This document shows positions 1-7,921 of a stretch of 20,000 nucleotides of DNA, one piece after another (positions within the stretch are counted from its first letter, which is position 1; the number at the start of each line of letters is the position of its first letter). The position numbers and the translations under genes were made by a program. Under the pieces are notes generated by a model. That model was not told where the DNA came from and did not search any database. It saw only the letters and a list, made by a program, of their open reading frames with translations. Source of the stretch: an uncultured virus (IMG/VR IMGVR_UViG_3300048927_000758) (Duplodnaviria > Heunggongvirae > Uroviricota > Caudoviricetes); the IMG/VR virus record IMGVR_UViG_3300048927_000758. One strand, written 5' to 3'.

Positions 1-62
1 CTGGCCAGCTTTTTGCGCACCGCCTTAAGCTGCGCCCGGTCTAACTCACCCCGGATAATCAT
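1..62 (-). CDS. 5' end of a probable virion morphogenesis/tail completion protein (P2 gpS-like), running off the window
   Basis: ATG at 62-60 overlaps the stop of the upstream gene (ATGA); reads MIIRGELDRAQLKAVRKKLA; position after the gpR-like gene. Confidence 0.6.
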   Translation of the reverse strand, partial: MIIRGELDRAQLKAVRKKLA

Positions 63-565
63 TTTTCACTGCCAAGCGGTACACCCTGTTCATCAACGCC
101 ATACACCACGGCCTCACTGGCAAACCAAACAGTGGGATCAGCAAGTCGCCATTGCTCCCCGTCCAGGGGAATATTGCCGTTGTCGTCCTTCACCAGGTTT
201 AACGCTTCCACCATCGGCAACGTGATCACCACCACAGCGGTTTCCTCATCCACCAGATCGATATCAAAATCAGGCAACTCGGTGTCTATGCCGAATTCTT
301 CAAACAGTTCCCGGTCAGATTCCATCAACCACACCAGCAGCAGCGCCGCCAGGTTGCGCGGGTCATACAGCCGGTACGGGAATCTGTCCCAGGCTAAAAC
401 CGCGTTGTAACGGATTACCGCCAGGCGGTACTGTTCCAGCCCTAAATCCCGTTGCGCGGGGATAAAACTCAGTTCATCCATATAGCTGGAAAAACCTGCC
501 CCCTTGAACGTCCTGGCGGGCATACTTTGGGTGACGAACGTACTCAGTGCATCTAACTGGCTCAT
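59..565 (-). CDS. Phage tail completion protein (P2 gpR-like)
   Basis: 168 aa, motif 'YNAVLAWDRFPY...LLLVWL', acidic C-terminal half; directly follows head completion gene with ATGA overlap. Confidence 0.8.
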   Translation of the reverse strand: MSQLDALSTFVTQSMPARTFKGAGFSSYMDELSFIPAQRDLGLEQYRLAVIRYNAVLAWDRFPYRLYDPRNLAALLLVWLMESDRELFEEFGIDTELPDFDIDLVDEETAVVVITLPMVEALNLVKDDNGNIPLDGEQWRLADPTVWFASEAVVYGVDEQGVPLGSEK

Positions 566-1014
566 ATCTTCCTTACCGTCACGCGGCGCAATCCTTTGAT
601 TGCCCGGATGATGATCGAACCCTCAGCCAATAACCCGGCGCGGGTTTCTTCACTTTCCTGCCCTGGGTGCGACTCCCTGCGCCCCTGGCTTGCGAACTCT
701 GCGATCAAATCGGCCTTTGCGCGGGCAAACACTGCTTTTTTATAACGAGCACAAAGCAGGTTTTCGCCAGGGCGACCGATACCCGGCACCGCGCTGGCCT
801 GGCCATATCCCTTGGCCAAGTAACCATCCTGGACGGTCTGCAACAGGTCATTCACTTCCCCGGCCGCCGTCAGCAGCGCCGTGGCTACTGTCCCGGCGTC
901 TACATCGGCGGGGATGCTGCGCTGTTCCTGGAAATCCGCCAGATTCAAATCTGGCCAAAATCCGTCATTCGTTAACGGTTCATCCTGGTAATCAATCGGC
1001 GTTCCGCTAAACAT
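562..1014 (-). CDS. Head completion/stabilization protein (P2 gpL-like)
   Basis: 'LTNDGFWPDLNL...YKKAVFARAKADL' gpL motifs; start moved to MFSG (ATG 1014) with GGAG RBS upstream. Confidence 0.9.
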   Translation of the reverse strand: MFSGTPIDYQDEPLTNDGFWPDLNLADFQEQRSIPADVDAGTVATALLTAAGEVNDLLQTVQDGYLAKGYGQASAVPGIGRPGENLLCARYKKAVFARAKADLIAEFASQGRRESHPGQESEETRAGLLAEGSIIIRAIKGLRRVTVRKI

Positions 1015-1107
1015 AAAATTCTCCGTAAGAAACGGGCAGACCGGGATCCACGGTACATAACCCAAGGGTATTACCTTCCCCGCGCCCGTTCCGGCTTGCG
1101 GTAGTCT

Positions 1108-1299
1108 TTACTGAACCGGCGTTACCGGCTGAACTTCAGATTCATCAAACCAGCGATCAACGGCGCGGCCGTCAGCTGCCTGGTAATGAATCAAATAGGC
1201 AGGGCAATTATTGAGGTATTCTGCACGGCCTTTAACGTGACCTGTTTCACCGCTGACAGAAATCTTTACCGTCTGGCCTAAACCGTGTTTAAAACTCAT
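1108..1299 (-). CDS. Small hypothetical protein (63 aa, probable beta-barrel)
   Basis: ATGA overlap with the terminase endonuclease stop; beta-strand-like pattern with 'RWFDESEV'. Confidence 0.7.
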   Translation of the reverse strand: MSFKHGLGQTVKISVSGETGHVKGRAEYLNNCPAYLIHYQAADGRAVDRWFDESEVQPVTPVQ

Positions 1300-2009
1300 T
1301 TCTTAGCTCCTGATTGCTTTTCTAAATAACGGACGCGGGCGGCAATTTGTTTGCGCATCGTTCCCACGCCACACTGTGAATGCAGCTTTTCGGCCTTGGC
1401 CAGCAGCGCGTCCACGCTCTGCAACAGCCCCACATCCTCGGTGGCCGTGGCACGCGGCACGCCGTGTTCATCAAACAACTGACGCATACCGGCGAACTTG
1501 AACCACTTGGCCTGGATCACTTCATACAGCTCCCACTTTTCCGCCACATCGGTAAACGTGCGGGAAAAATAAGGCTCAACAGGGTGGCCATCCCTGGCCT
1601 GTACTTCCGCCCATTTCAGGACGGTATCCGCCACAAAGGTGGGGAAATTGCTTTTCAACTCTGGCGGGGTTTCCTGCCCCTGCTCGATGGCGATATCCGC
1701 CAGATTAAGCGCGGCGTCCATGTCGCCCACGTCAAAAAGCCAAATCACACACCATGCCAGGATCGGATTGCGGTACACCTCGCCGCCATTCAGGTACTTT
1801 TCTACGGTGGGCATCCATTTTGGTAATAATTCATCACGCTTTAACGCCACCTTTTGCGCCAATGTCAGCCCGTGCAACCTGTCCACATCGTTGGCCAGCG
1901 CCGCACTCAGAACGTGCAAGCTGTCTGCCCCTTCCAGTGCCTGGCGTTGTCTTAACTTCGTTTCTGCCGCAATGCGGGCACTGTGTCGCTGCGCGGGTGA
2001 CAGGCTCAT
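1296..2009 (-). CDS. Terminase endonuclease/small subunit (P2 gpM-like)
   Basis: 'MSLSPAQRH...WCVIWLFDVGD...ALNLADIAI' gpM signature; follows the major capsid gene. Confidence 0.93.
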   Translation of the reverse strand: MSLSPAQRHSARIAAETKLRQRQALEGADSLHVLSAALANDVDRLHGLTLAQKVALKRDELLPKWMPTVEKYLNGGEVYRNPILAWCVIWLFDVGDMDAALNLADIAIEQGQETPPELKSNFPTFVADTVLKWAEVQARDGHPVEPYFSRTFTDVAEKWELYEVIQAKWFKFAGMRQLFDEHGVPRATATEDVGLLQSVDALLAKAEKLHSQCGVGTMRKQIAARVRYLEKQSGAKK

Positions 2010-2011
2010 GT

Positions 2012-3049
2012 TTACTCTCCGCCTACGGGTTCGGATGGCTCGGCAACGGTGCCGATGGTCACGGCGGATTCATCAATCGCCGCATACAGCTCCATTTCTT
2101 CGACGGCGTAACCTTCGTTACGCAGATATTTGTTTTCGTACTGCTTACGGTCTTCAACAAACTCCGCTTTACGCTGACGGGTATTACGCTGCGTATAGAT
2201 ATGCAGGTTCGCGAGCGTGGTCACCACCATGCGTTTGCCCGGCATAAATGGCGGGATAATCGCCTGACGGCCTGCAATGGAGTCCTGCAACATCTGCGCG
2301 GCGATTTTTTCGCTCGGACGATCAGCCGCCTGGTACAGGCGATACTGTTCAGCCGCCACCAGGTCAGAACCGACCAACACCACCAGGCGCGGATCATTAC
2401 GGAATTGCTGCGGAATTTTGGTGTTAATAAGGTCTGACGCCATCGCATCCAGTGACTTGTAATCACCGTTCTGATCCAGCGTGACCGCATCAGTCATGAT
2501 TTGTTTGCCGTCTTTATATTTGCGAACAATTTCATGCCAACCAATATTCACATCTTCGCCGTTCGGGTTTTCTTTATAGTCAGTAGATTCCGCCACAGAC
2601 TTACCGTTAAAGCCGATACGCAACATATCCAGGGCAAAGGTCTGCGTGGTAAATGCGGTCACCATCTGGAAAAATTCTTCCTCAGAACCGGCATTTGCCC
2701 AGATTGAAAGCAGATCCCAACGCAGTGCGGCGCATGAGTCAGTTTCAACCAGCTTGTACTCGTTACCTGAAACGCCTACGTTGCGACGAAAACGCCCATC
2801 AGCAATACGGCCGGTATGCAGACCAGACGCGCCCACGCTCACCACCTGGCCAGAAAGCTGGTCAACATCTGCAACGGTGATCCAGTTCAGGAAATCCGAA
2901 CTTTCCAGCAGCGCATCACGCAGCTGCGTTTCCTTCGGATCAGACAGTGAGAAATAATTACTTTCCTCGCCACCGTCCAGACCGTTAGCCGCCGCAAGTC
3001 CCGCGCCGAATTGCTTTAAAAAGCCACGCGCTTTTGCATTTAAAATCAT
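2012..3049 (-). CDS. Major capsid protein, P2 family (gpN)
   Basis: 'ALDMLRIGFNG...NPNGEDVNIGW...TTLANLHIYTQ...NEGYAVE' P2 capsid motifs. Confidence 0.97.
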   Translation of the reverse strand: MILNAKARGFLKQFGAGLAAANGLDGGEESNYFSLSDPKETQLRDALLESSDFLNWITVADVDQLSGQVVSVGASGLHTGRIADGRFRRNVGVSGNEYKLVETDSCAALRWDLLSIWANAGSEEEFFQMVTAFTTQTFALDMLRIGFNGKSVAESTDYKENPNGEDVNIGWHEIVRKYKDGKQIMTDAVTLDQNGDYKSLDAMASDLINTKIPQQFRNDPRLVVLVGSDLVAAEQYRLYQAADRPSEKIAAQMLQDSIAGRQAIIPPFMPGKRMVVTTLANLHIYTQRNTRQRKAEFVEDRKQYENKYLRNEGYAVEEMELYAAIDESAVTIGTVAEPSEPVGGE

Positions 3050-3114
3050 TATTTATTCATCCTTAATCGCTAATTAGCGGTTAATGTTTTCCCTGGCGAA
3101 CGCCTTATAAATGC

Positions 3115-3954
3115 TTATAAGAACTGGAATGGTTTGCGTGAACCCTTCGGATTCTTACTCGGCAACGTGGTCACCTTTTTATCCAGCTTGCTGAACTTGC
3201 TGACGATATTTGGCAACTCTTCACGCAGGCGGGCAAATTCTTCCGTATCCACCACGTCTTTCACAGTTTCAACATCGCTCTGAATATCCGTCACGGTTGA
3301 ATCCGTTGCTTCCGTTTTTGTTTCCAGCGCAGTGATACGAGATTCCAACGAAGCAACAACCTCGGCCAGCGCCTGTAATTTATCGCCGTCCTGCGGAGTT
3401 TCCTCCGGTGCCGGTGTTTCATCTTCAATACTGAAAAGGCTGCGCCATTTCGATTTATTTTTGTCCTTCCCTGCCATGTTAATTTCCTTAACTTCGTTAA
3501 TTACCAGCGGATTACTATTTCCGATAAAGTAATTGTCTTTCCGCTTATTAAATCGCATTCGCGTAGTGCCTACGCTTGCGGGTTCATCTGTAACGCCCAG
3601 CCCTTCAAGATAATAACGGCCGGTTCCGCGAAAGTTGCCATCAGGCGTTAACTCCACTGACGTGAATAAAAGCTTTCCGTTCCGATTCGCCTGTACCAGT
3701 TCAGTGGAAGGACACAACCGGGCATAGAGCTTTACTAATCCTGAGTCATCTTCGCTTGCCGCAACTTCCAGAACTTCACCGGCATTACCGCACCAGCGCT
3801 CATGCTCTGGCCAAAGCAGTGCGGTATACATATTTTTTGGGTCATATGTTTCCGCCGCGTCAATTAACATATCCCTGGTTAAAAAACGCTTATCAACCGT
3901 TTCCCCTTCGGTTGCGATACAGAGCCAATTCGTCATTAAATGTGAATCTGACAT
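3115..3954 (-). CDS. Capsid scaffolding protein/protease (P2 gpO-like)
   Basis: 'WLCIATEGETVDKR...YTALLWPEH...YLEGLGVTDEPASVGT' gpO motifs; start at MSDSH (3954) with GGAGG RBS. Confidence 0.95.
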   Translation of the reverse strand: MSDSHLMTNWLCIATEGETVDKRFLTRDMLIDAAETYDPKNMYTALLWPEHERWCGNAGEVLEVAASEDDSGLVKLYARLCPSTELVQANRNGKLLFTSVELTPDGNFRGTGRYYLEGLGVTDEPASVGTTRMRFNKRKDNYFIGNSNPLVINEVKEINMAGKDKNKSKWRSLFSIEDETPAPEETPQDGDKLQALAEVVASLESRITALETKTEATDSTVTDIQSDVETVKDVVDTEEFARLREELPNIVSKFSKLDKKVTTLPSKNPKGSRKPFQFL

Positions 3955-4027
3955 ACCGGAATTAACCTCCGTTGTTTCCGTGGAATGCAGTATCGCCAAT
4001 AATTAACCCTGCCGCATTAAGCAGAAT

Positions 4028-4049
4028 TCGGATATAACCCTATATCCGA
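4028..4049. promoter_or_regulatory. Perfect inverted repeat TCGGATATA-ACCC-TATATCCGA in the divergent late promoter region; candidate late-activator site
   Basis: Dyad seen directly between divergent gpO-like and gpP-like genes, where P2-family Ogr-dependent promoters lie. Confidence 0.55.
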
Positions 4050-4104
4050 TTGCATCAGATATTTACTTAACGAAATAGCCGAAACATCCCCGCATAATTG
4101 CCGA

Positions 4105-5892
4105 ATGGCTAAATACACAGACGAACTAAAAGACGTTGCACGCGCTTTATATTTACGCCGTGCCACGCCAAAGGAAATTGCTCAGGATTTAAATCTGCCG
4201 AATGCGCGGATCATTTATTACTGGGCGCAAAAAGGGAATTGGGCTGATTTACTCAGCCATGAATCAACAGAGGAAGCCATTGAACGCCGTTACCAATTAT
4301 TAGTTGGCCGGGACAAAAAAACAGAGCTGGAATTAAAAGAGATAGATGTGCTGATTGCTCACGCGGTGAAACTGCGTGCGCAGACAAATAAACATAAAGA
4401 GAAAATGGCCGCCGCTAAATCTGGCAACCAGGGAGGCTATGACAGCCAGGGCGGGAACAGTGACGGCCCAGAGCCGGTGAAGAAACGCAAATATAAGAAA
4501 AACGATATCTCCGGGTTATCACAGGAAGACTTTGACGCTTTCGCAGAGGAACATTTATTCGGCTATCAGAAGCACCTACGCAACAACCTGGCACAGCAGA
4601 TCAGGAACATCCTGAAAAGCCGCCAGATTGGTGCCACCTGGTACTTTGCGATTGAGGCATTCGAAAATGCGGTCATGACCGGCGACCCGCAGATTTTTCT
4701 TTCCGCCTCCAAAGCCCAGGCGGAAGTCTTCCGCTCTTACATCGTCAACATCGCAGAGCAGTATTTCGGCGTTGTGCTGACCGGCAACCCGATCAGATTA
4801 AGCAACGGCGCAGAGCTGCGCTTTCTATCCACCAACAAAAACACCGCGCAGTCCTACAGCGGCCATTTGTACTGCGACGAATACTTTTGGGTGCCGAACT
4901 TCGCCAAGCTTAACGAGGTGGCCAGCGCAATGGCCACGCACGACCATTGGCGAACCACCTACTTTTCAACGCCCAGCGCCAAAACGCACCAGGCTTATCC
5001 TTTCTGGACAGGGGAAGAGTGGAAGCGCGGCGATAAGAAACGCGAAAAAGTCACCTTTCCAACCTTTGATGAAATGCGCAACGGCGGCCGACTCTGCCCG
5101 GATGGCCAGTGGCGGTACATCATCACGATGGAAGATGCAATTAAGGGCGGGTTTAACCTGGCCAGCATCGAGAAGCTGCGCAACCGCTACAACCGAGACA
5201 CGTTCAACATGTTGTATATGTGCGTGTTTGTGGACAGCAAAGACAGCGTTTTCAAATTCAGTGATCTGGAAATCTGCGGCGTGGACGTGGCCGACTGGCA
5301 AGACCATGACCCCAACGCCGAGCGGCCGTTTGGTAACCGTGAGGTATGGGGAGGCTTTGACCCGGCGCGTTCTGGCGATACCTCCACGTTTGCCATCGTT
5401 GCCCCGCCGCTTTATGCCGTGGAGAAATTCCGCGTGCTCTGCCTTTTTCACTGGAAAGGGATGAATTTCGCCTATCAGGCAGCGCAGATCAAAAAGCTGT
5501 TTGGGAAGTACAACATGACTTACATAGGCGTTGACGTCACCGGCATTGGCCGGGGCGTATTTGAGCTGATTGAACATTTTGCCCTACGTGAAGCGGTAGC
5601 CATTCACTACGGCATGGAAACCAAAACCCGGCTGGTGTTGAAGATGATCGACGTAATCGGCGCAAAACGCCTGGAATGGAACAAAGACAACCGGGAAATT
5701 GCCGCGTCTTTCTTATCCATCCGACACACCAGCACGGCCAGCGGCAACGCCATGACGTTCAAAGCCGATCGCACAGTGGAAACCGGCCACGCCGATGCCT
5801 TTTGGGCAATCGCGCACGCCGTTATTAACGAGCCGATCAACTTTGAGCATAAGCGTAAATCTAAATGGAACTTAGGGAAAAAAGCAGCATGA
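4105..5892 (+). CDS. Terminase ATPase (large) subunit (P2 gpP-like)
   Basis: N-terminal HTH, Walker A-like 'ILKSRQIGATW', Walker B 'LYCDE', nuclease 'GGFDPARSGD' and 'GHADAFWA'. Confidence 0.97.
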   Translation: MAKYTDELKDVARALYLRRATPKEIAQDLNLPNARIIYYWAQKGNWADLLSHESTEEAIERRYQLLVGRDKKTELELKEIDVLIAHAVKLRAQTNKHKEKMAAAKSGNQGGYDSQGGNSDGPEPVKKRKYKKNDISGLSQEDFDAFAEEHLFGYQKHLRNNLAQQIRNILKSRQIGATWYFAIEAFENAVMTGDPQIFLSASKAQAEVFRSYIVNIAEQYFGVVLTGNPIRLSNGAELRFLSTNKNTAQSYSGHLYCDEYFWVPNFAKLNEVASAMATHDHWRTTYFSTPSAKTHQAYPFWTGEEWKRGDKKREKVTFPTFDEMRNGGRLCPDGQWRYIITMEDAIKGGFNLASIEKLRNRYNRDTFNMLYMCVFVDSKDSVFKFSDLEICGVDVADWQDHDPNAERPFGNREVWGGFDPARSGDTSTFAIVAPPLYAVEKFRVLCLFHWKGMNFAYQAAQIKKLFGKYNMTYIGVDVTGIGRGVFELIEHFALREAVAIHYGMETKTRLVLKMIDVIGAKRLEWNKDNREIAASFLSIRHTSTASGNAMTFKADRTVETGHADAFWAIAHAVINEPINFEHKRKSKWNLGKKAA

Positions 5893-6920
5893 GCAAACAC
5901 AAGCCCGCCCGCCAGGCAAAGAAAGAACAACGAGACAGCAGCAAAAAAATGAGCATCATCAGCATGGGACGCCCGGAACCCATCCTGACCACCGGCACAA
6001 ATTACCGGGATATCTGGTATGACAATGAATTCGATCACTACACCCTGCCGATTGACCGCCTGGCACTGGTTCAACTGACGAACTTAAACAGTCAGCACGG
6101 CGGCGTGATTTATGCCCGTCACAACATGGTGGCATCGGATTATCTGGGCGGCGGTTTAACGCATGAGCAGCTGCGCGGCGGCGTGTTTGATTATTTATCC
6201 TGCGGCGACCTGGCCATTCTGAAAGTGCGTTCGGGCTGGGGTGACGTGGTGGATTTGCTGCCGCTGCCGTCGCTGTATCTGCGCGTGCGTAAAACAGGGG
6301 AATTTGTGGTTCTGCAGGACGGCGAACCGTTGGTATACAGCCCGGATGATGTGATTTTCCTTAAACAGTACGACCCGCAGCAACAGATTTACGGCCTGCC
6401 GGATTATATCAGCGGCATTCACTCGGCATTACTCAACAGTGAAGCAACCATTTTCCGCCGCCGCTACTATCACAACGGGGCGCACACCGGGGGGATCATC
6501 TACACCAACGACGCGAACATGACCGATGAAGTAGAGGAAGAAATTGCGCAGCGACTGGAAAGCAGCAAAGGGATCGGGAACTTCTCCACCATCTTTGTGA
6601 ACATTCCCCAGGGCGGGGAAAAGGCGATCCAGTTTATTCCGGTGGGGGATATCGGCGCGAACGATGAATTCAACAATGTGAAGAACATCAGCGCGCAGGA
6701 TGTGCTGAACGCCCACCGGTTCCCGGCTGGCCTGGCGGGCATTATTCCGCAAAATACGGGCGGCTTACCTGACCCGGATAAGTCACGAACGACATACAGA
6801 AAGGATGAAGTCATTCCGTTGCAGCGCATGATCATGAATGCGGTCAACAGTGACCCGGAAATCCCGTTACATCTGCGGCTTAACTTCGCCTTTGACACAA
6901 CATCAGAGGATGAAAAATGA
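5889..6920 (+). CDS. Portal protein (P2 gpQ/PBSX family)
   Basis: 'YDPQQQIYGLPDY...SALLNSEATIFRRRYYHNGAH...AHRFPAGLAGIIP'; ATGA overlap with terminase at 5889. Confidence 0.96.
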   Translation: MSKHKPARQAKKEQRDSSKKMSIISMGRPEPILTTGTNYRDIWYDNEFDHYTLPIDRLALVQLTNLNSQHGGVIYARHNMVASDYLGGGLTHEQLRGGVFDYLSCGDLAILKVRSGWGDVVDLLPLPSLYLRVRKTGEFVVLQDGEPLVYSPDDVIFLKQYDPQQQIYGLPDYISGIHSALLNSEATIFRRRYYHNGAHTGGIIYTNDANMTDEVEEEIAQRLESSKGIGNFSTIFVNIPQGGEKAIQFIPVGDIGANDEFNNVKNISAQDVLNAHRFPAGLAGIIPQNTGGLPDPDKSRTTYRKDEVIPLQRMIMNAVNSDPEIPLHLRLNFAFDTTSEDEK

Positions 6921-6970
6921 GCCGCAACAGGCTAAAATCACGGGGTTATCACTTTCCCGGAGCCAACAAC

Positions 6971-7231
6971 ATGCGCGTGATGAAAGTCATCTGCCCCGAA
7001 TGCGGTGCGAACTCAGTCATAAAAAAAACGTCACGCAAACACCGTCAGATTTCAGACCTATATTGTGCGTGTTCTGACTTTGAGTGTGGCCATACCTTTG
7101 TAATGAATATGACCTTTTCACACACCATCAGCCCCAGCGCGAAAAGTCAGGGCAGTTTACTGCGTGGCTTAGTGGAATCGTTGAAATCAGACGATAAGCA
7201 AATGTTGCTTTCGCTACTGCAACAAGCCTGA
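6971..7231 (+). CDS. ogr: Ogr/Delta-like zinc-finger late transcriptional activator
   Basis: 'CPECG...LYCACSDFECGHTF...FSHTISPS' Ogr/Delta C4 zinc finger. Confidence 0.9.
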   Translation: MRVMKVICPECGANSVIKKTSRKHRQISDLYCACSDFECGHTFVMNMTFSHTISPSAKSQGSLLRGLVESLKSDDKQMLLSLLQQA

Positions 7232-7265
7232 AAAAAAGCCTCCCATCATAGGAGGCTATTTTTTT
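7231..7265. terminator. Bidirectional rho-independent terminator
   Basis: A-tract, AGCCTCC-loop-GGAGGCT stem, T-tract, between convergent genes. Confidence 0.85.
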
Positions 7266-7540
7266 CAGTGAAGAGAGGCTTCATAAGAAGCATGATCAAT
7301 TTCCGCACAACGAACCGTTTGCTGCCCATCTTTCATTGAAAAAATGAACAACCACCGCTTTCTTGAGCGAATACCATCAAGTTTAGGACTTAAAAGCTGT
7401 ATCCTTGCAAAATTGGCAACGCCGTCAGTTATATCACCGATTTTAAAGGGCAAAGTACGGATATTTACACCTGAAGAGATGGGCGTTACATCTCGGGGAT
7501 ATTGCTCACTGATAATTACCAAGCTTTCCATTTCGCACAT
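7265..7540 (-). CDS. Hypothetical accessory protein (~91 aa)
   Basis: Strong AAGGAG RBS 5 nt before ATG 7540; ends at the terminator; AT-rich; no recognised family. Confidence 0.7.
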   Translation of the reverse strand: MCEMESLVIISEQYPRDVTPISSGVNIRTLPFKIGDITDGVANFARIQLLSPKLDGIRSRKRWLFIFSMKDGQQTVRCAEIDHASYEASLH

Positions 7541-7635
7541 AAGCACTCCTTGTTTTATTGGATTGACCGTACAAGAATCACACGAAACTTAATCACTTGC
7601 AATCAAGGTTCCTTTAAAAAAATCATATTAAACAA

Positions 7636-7815
7636 TTATTTACTTTCTTTATAACGATTCTGAGCTTCTAAATCATTCACAACGTCAGCCATCAATTCAG
7701 CAACCCAATCAAAAGCCACTTCTTTATCATGCACTTCACACTGATTTAATGAGACCAGGCGAGTTATCAGTTCAATCCGCTCTAACGCTATTGTCTCGAT
7801 AAAAAAATCCCTCAT
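7636..7815 (-). CDS. tum: Tum-like SOS-inducible antirepressor (N-terminal Tum domain only)
   Basis: 'LERIELITRL...CEVHDKEVAFDWVAEL' resembles the recalled phage 186 Tum N-terminus; downstream of gene A; LexA box upstream; GAGG RBS. Confidence 0.78.
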   Translation of the reverse strand: MRDFFIETIALERIELITRLVSLNQCEVHDKEVAFDWVAELMADVVNDLEAQNRYKESK

Positions 7816-7841
7816 TCCCACGAATCCCCTCACTAAATATT

Positions 7842-7861
7842 AACTGTATAAATATACAGTA
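7842..7861. promoter_or_regulatory. LexA (SOS) box
   Basis: AACTGTATAAATATACAGTA, CTG-N10-CAG at 7844-7859, near the consensus TACTGTATATATATACAGTA. Confidence 0.93.
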
Positions 7862-7921
7862 TCTCAAATTGTTACAGAATAAAAGCAAACTGAACGTGCT
7901 TTTGCGAGTTTTTACCTTGCA

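Noticed and set aside
3063..3084. Near-palindrome TTAATCGCTAATTAGCGGTTAA beside the capsid RBS
   Set aside because: No loop or U-tract and no supporting context; function cannot be supported.
6920..7920. P2-type cos site (GGCGAGGCGGGGAAAGCAC-like)
   Set aside because: No matching sequence found by eye in the expected portal-to-A interval; a divergent cos cannot be located without comparison.
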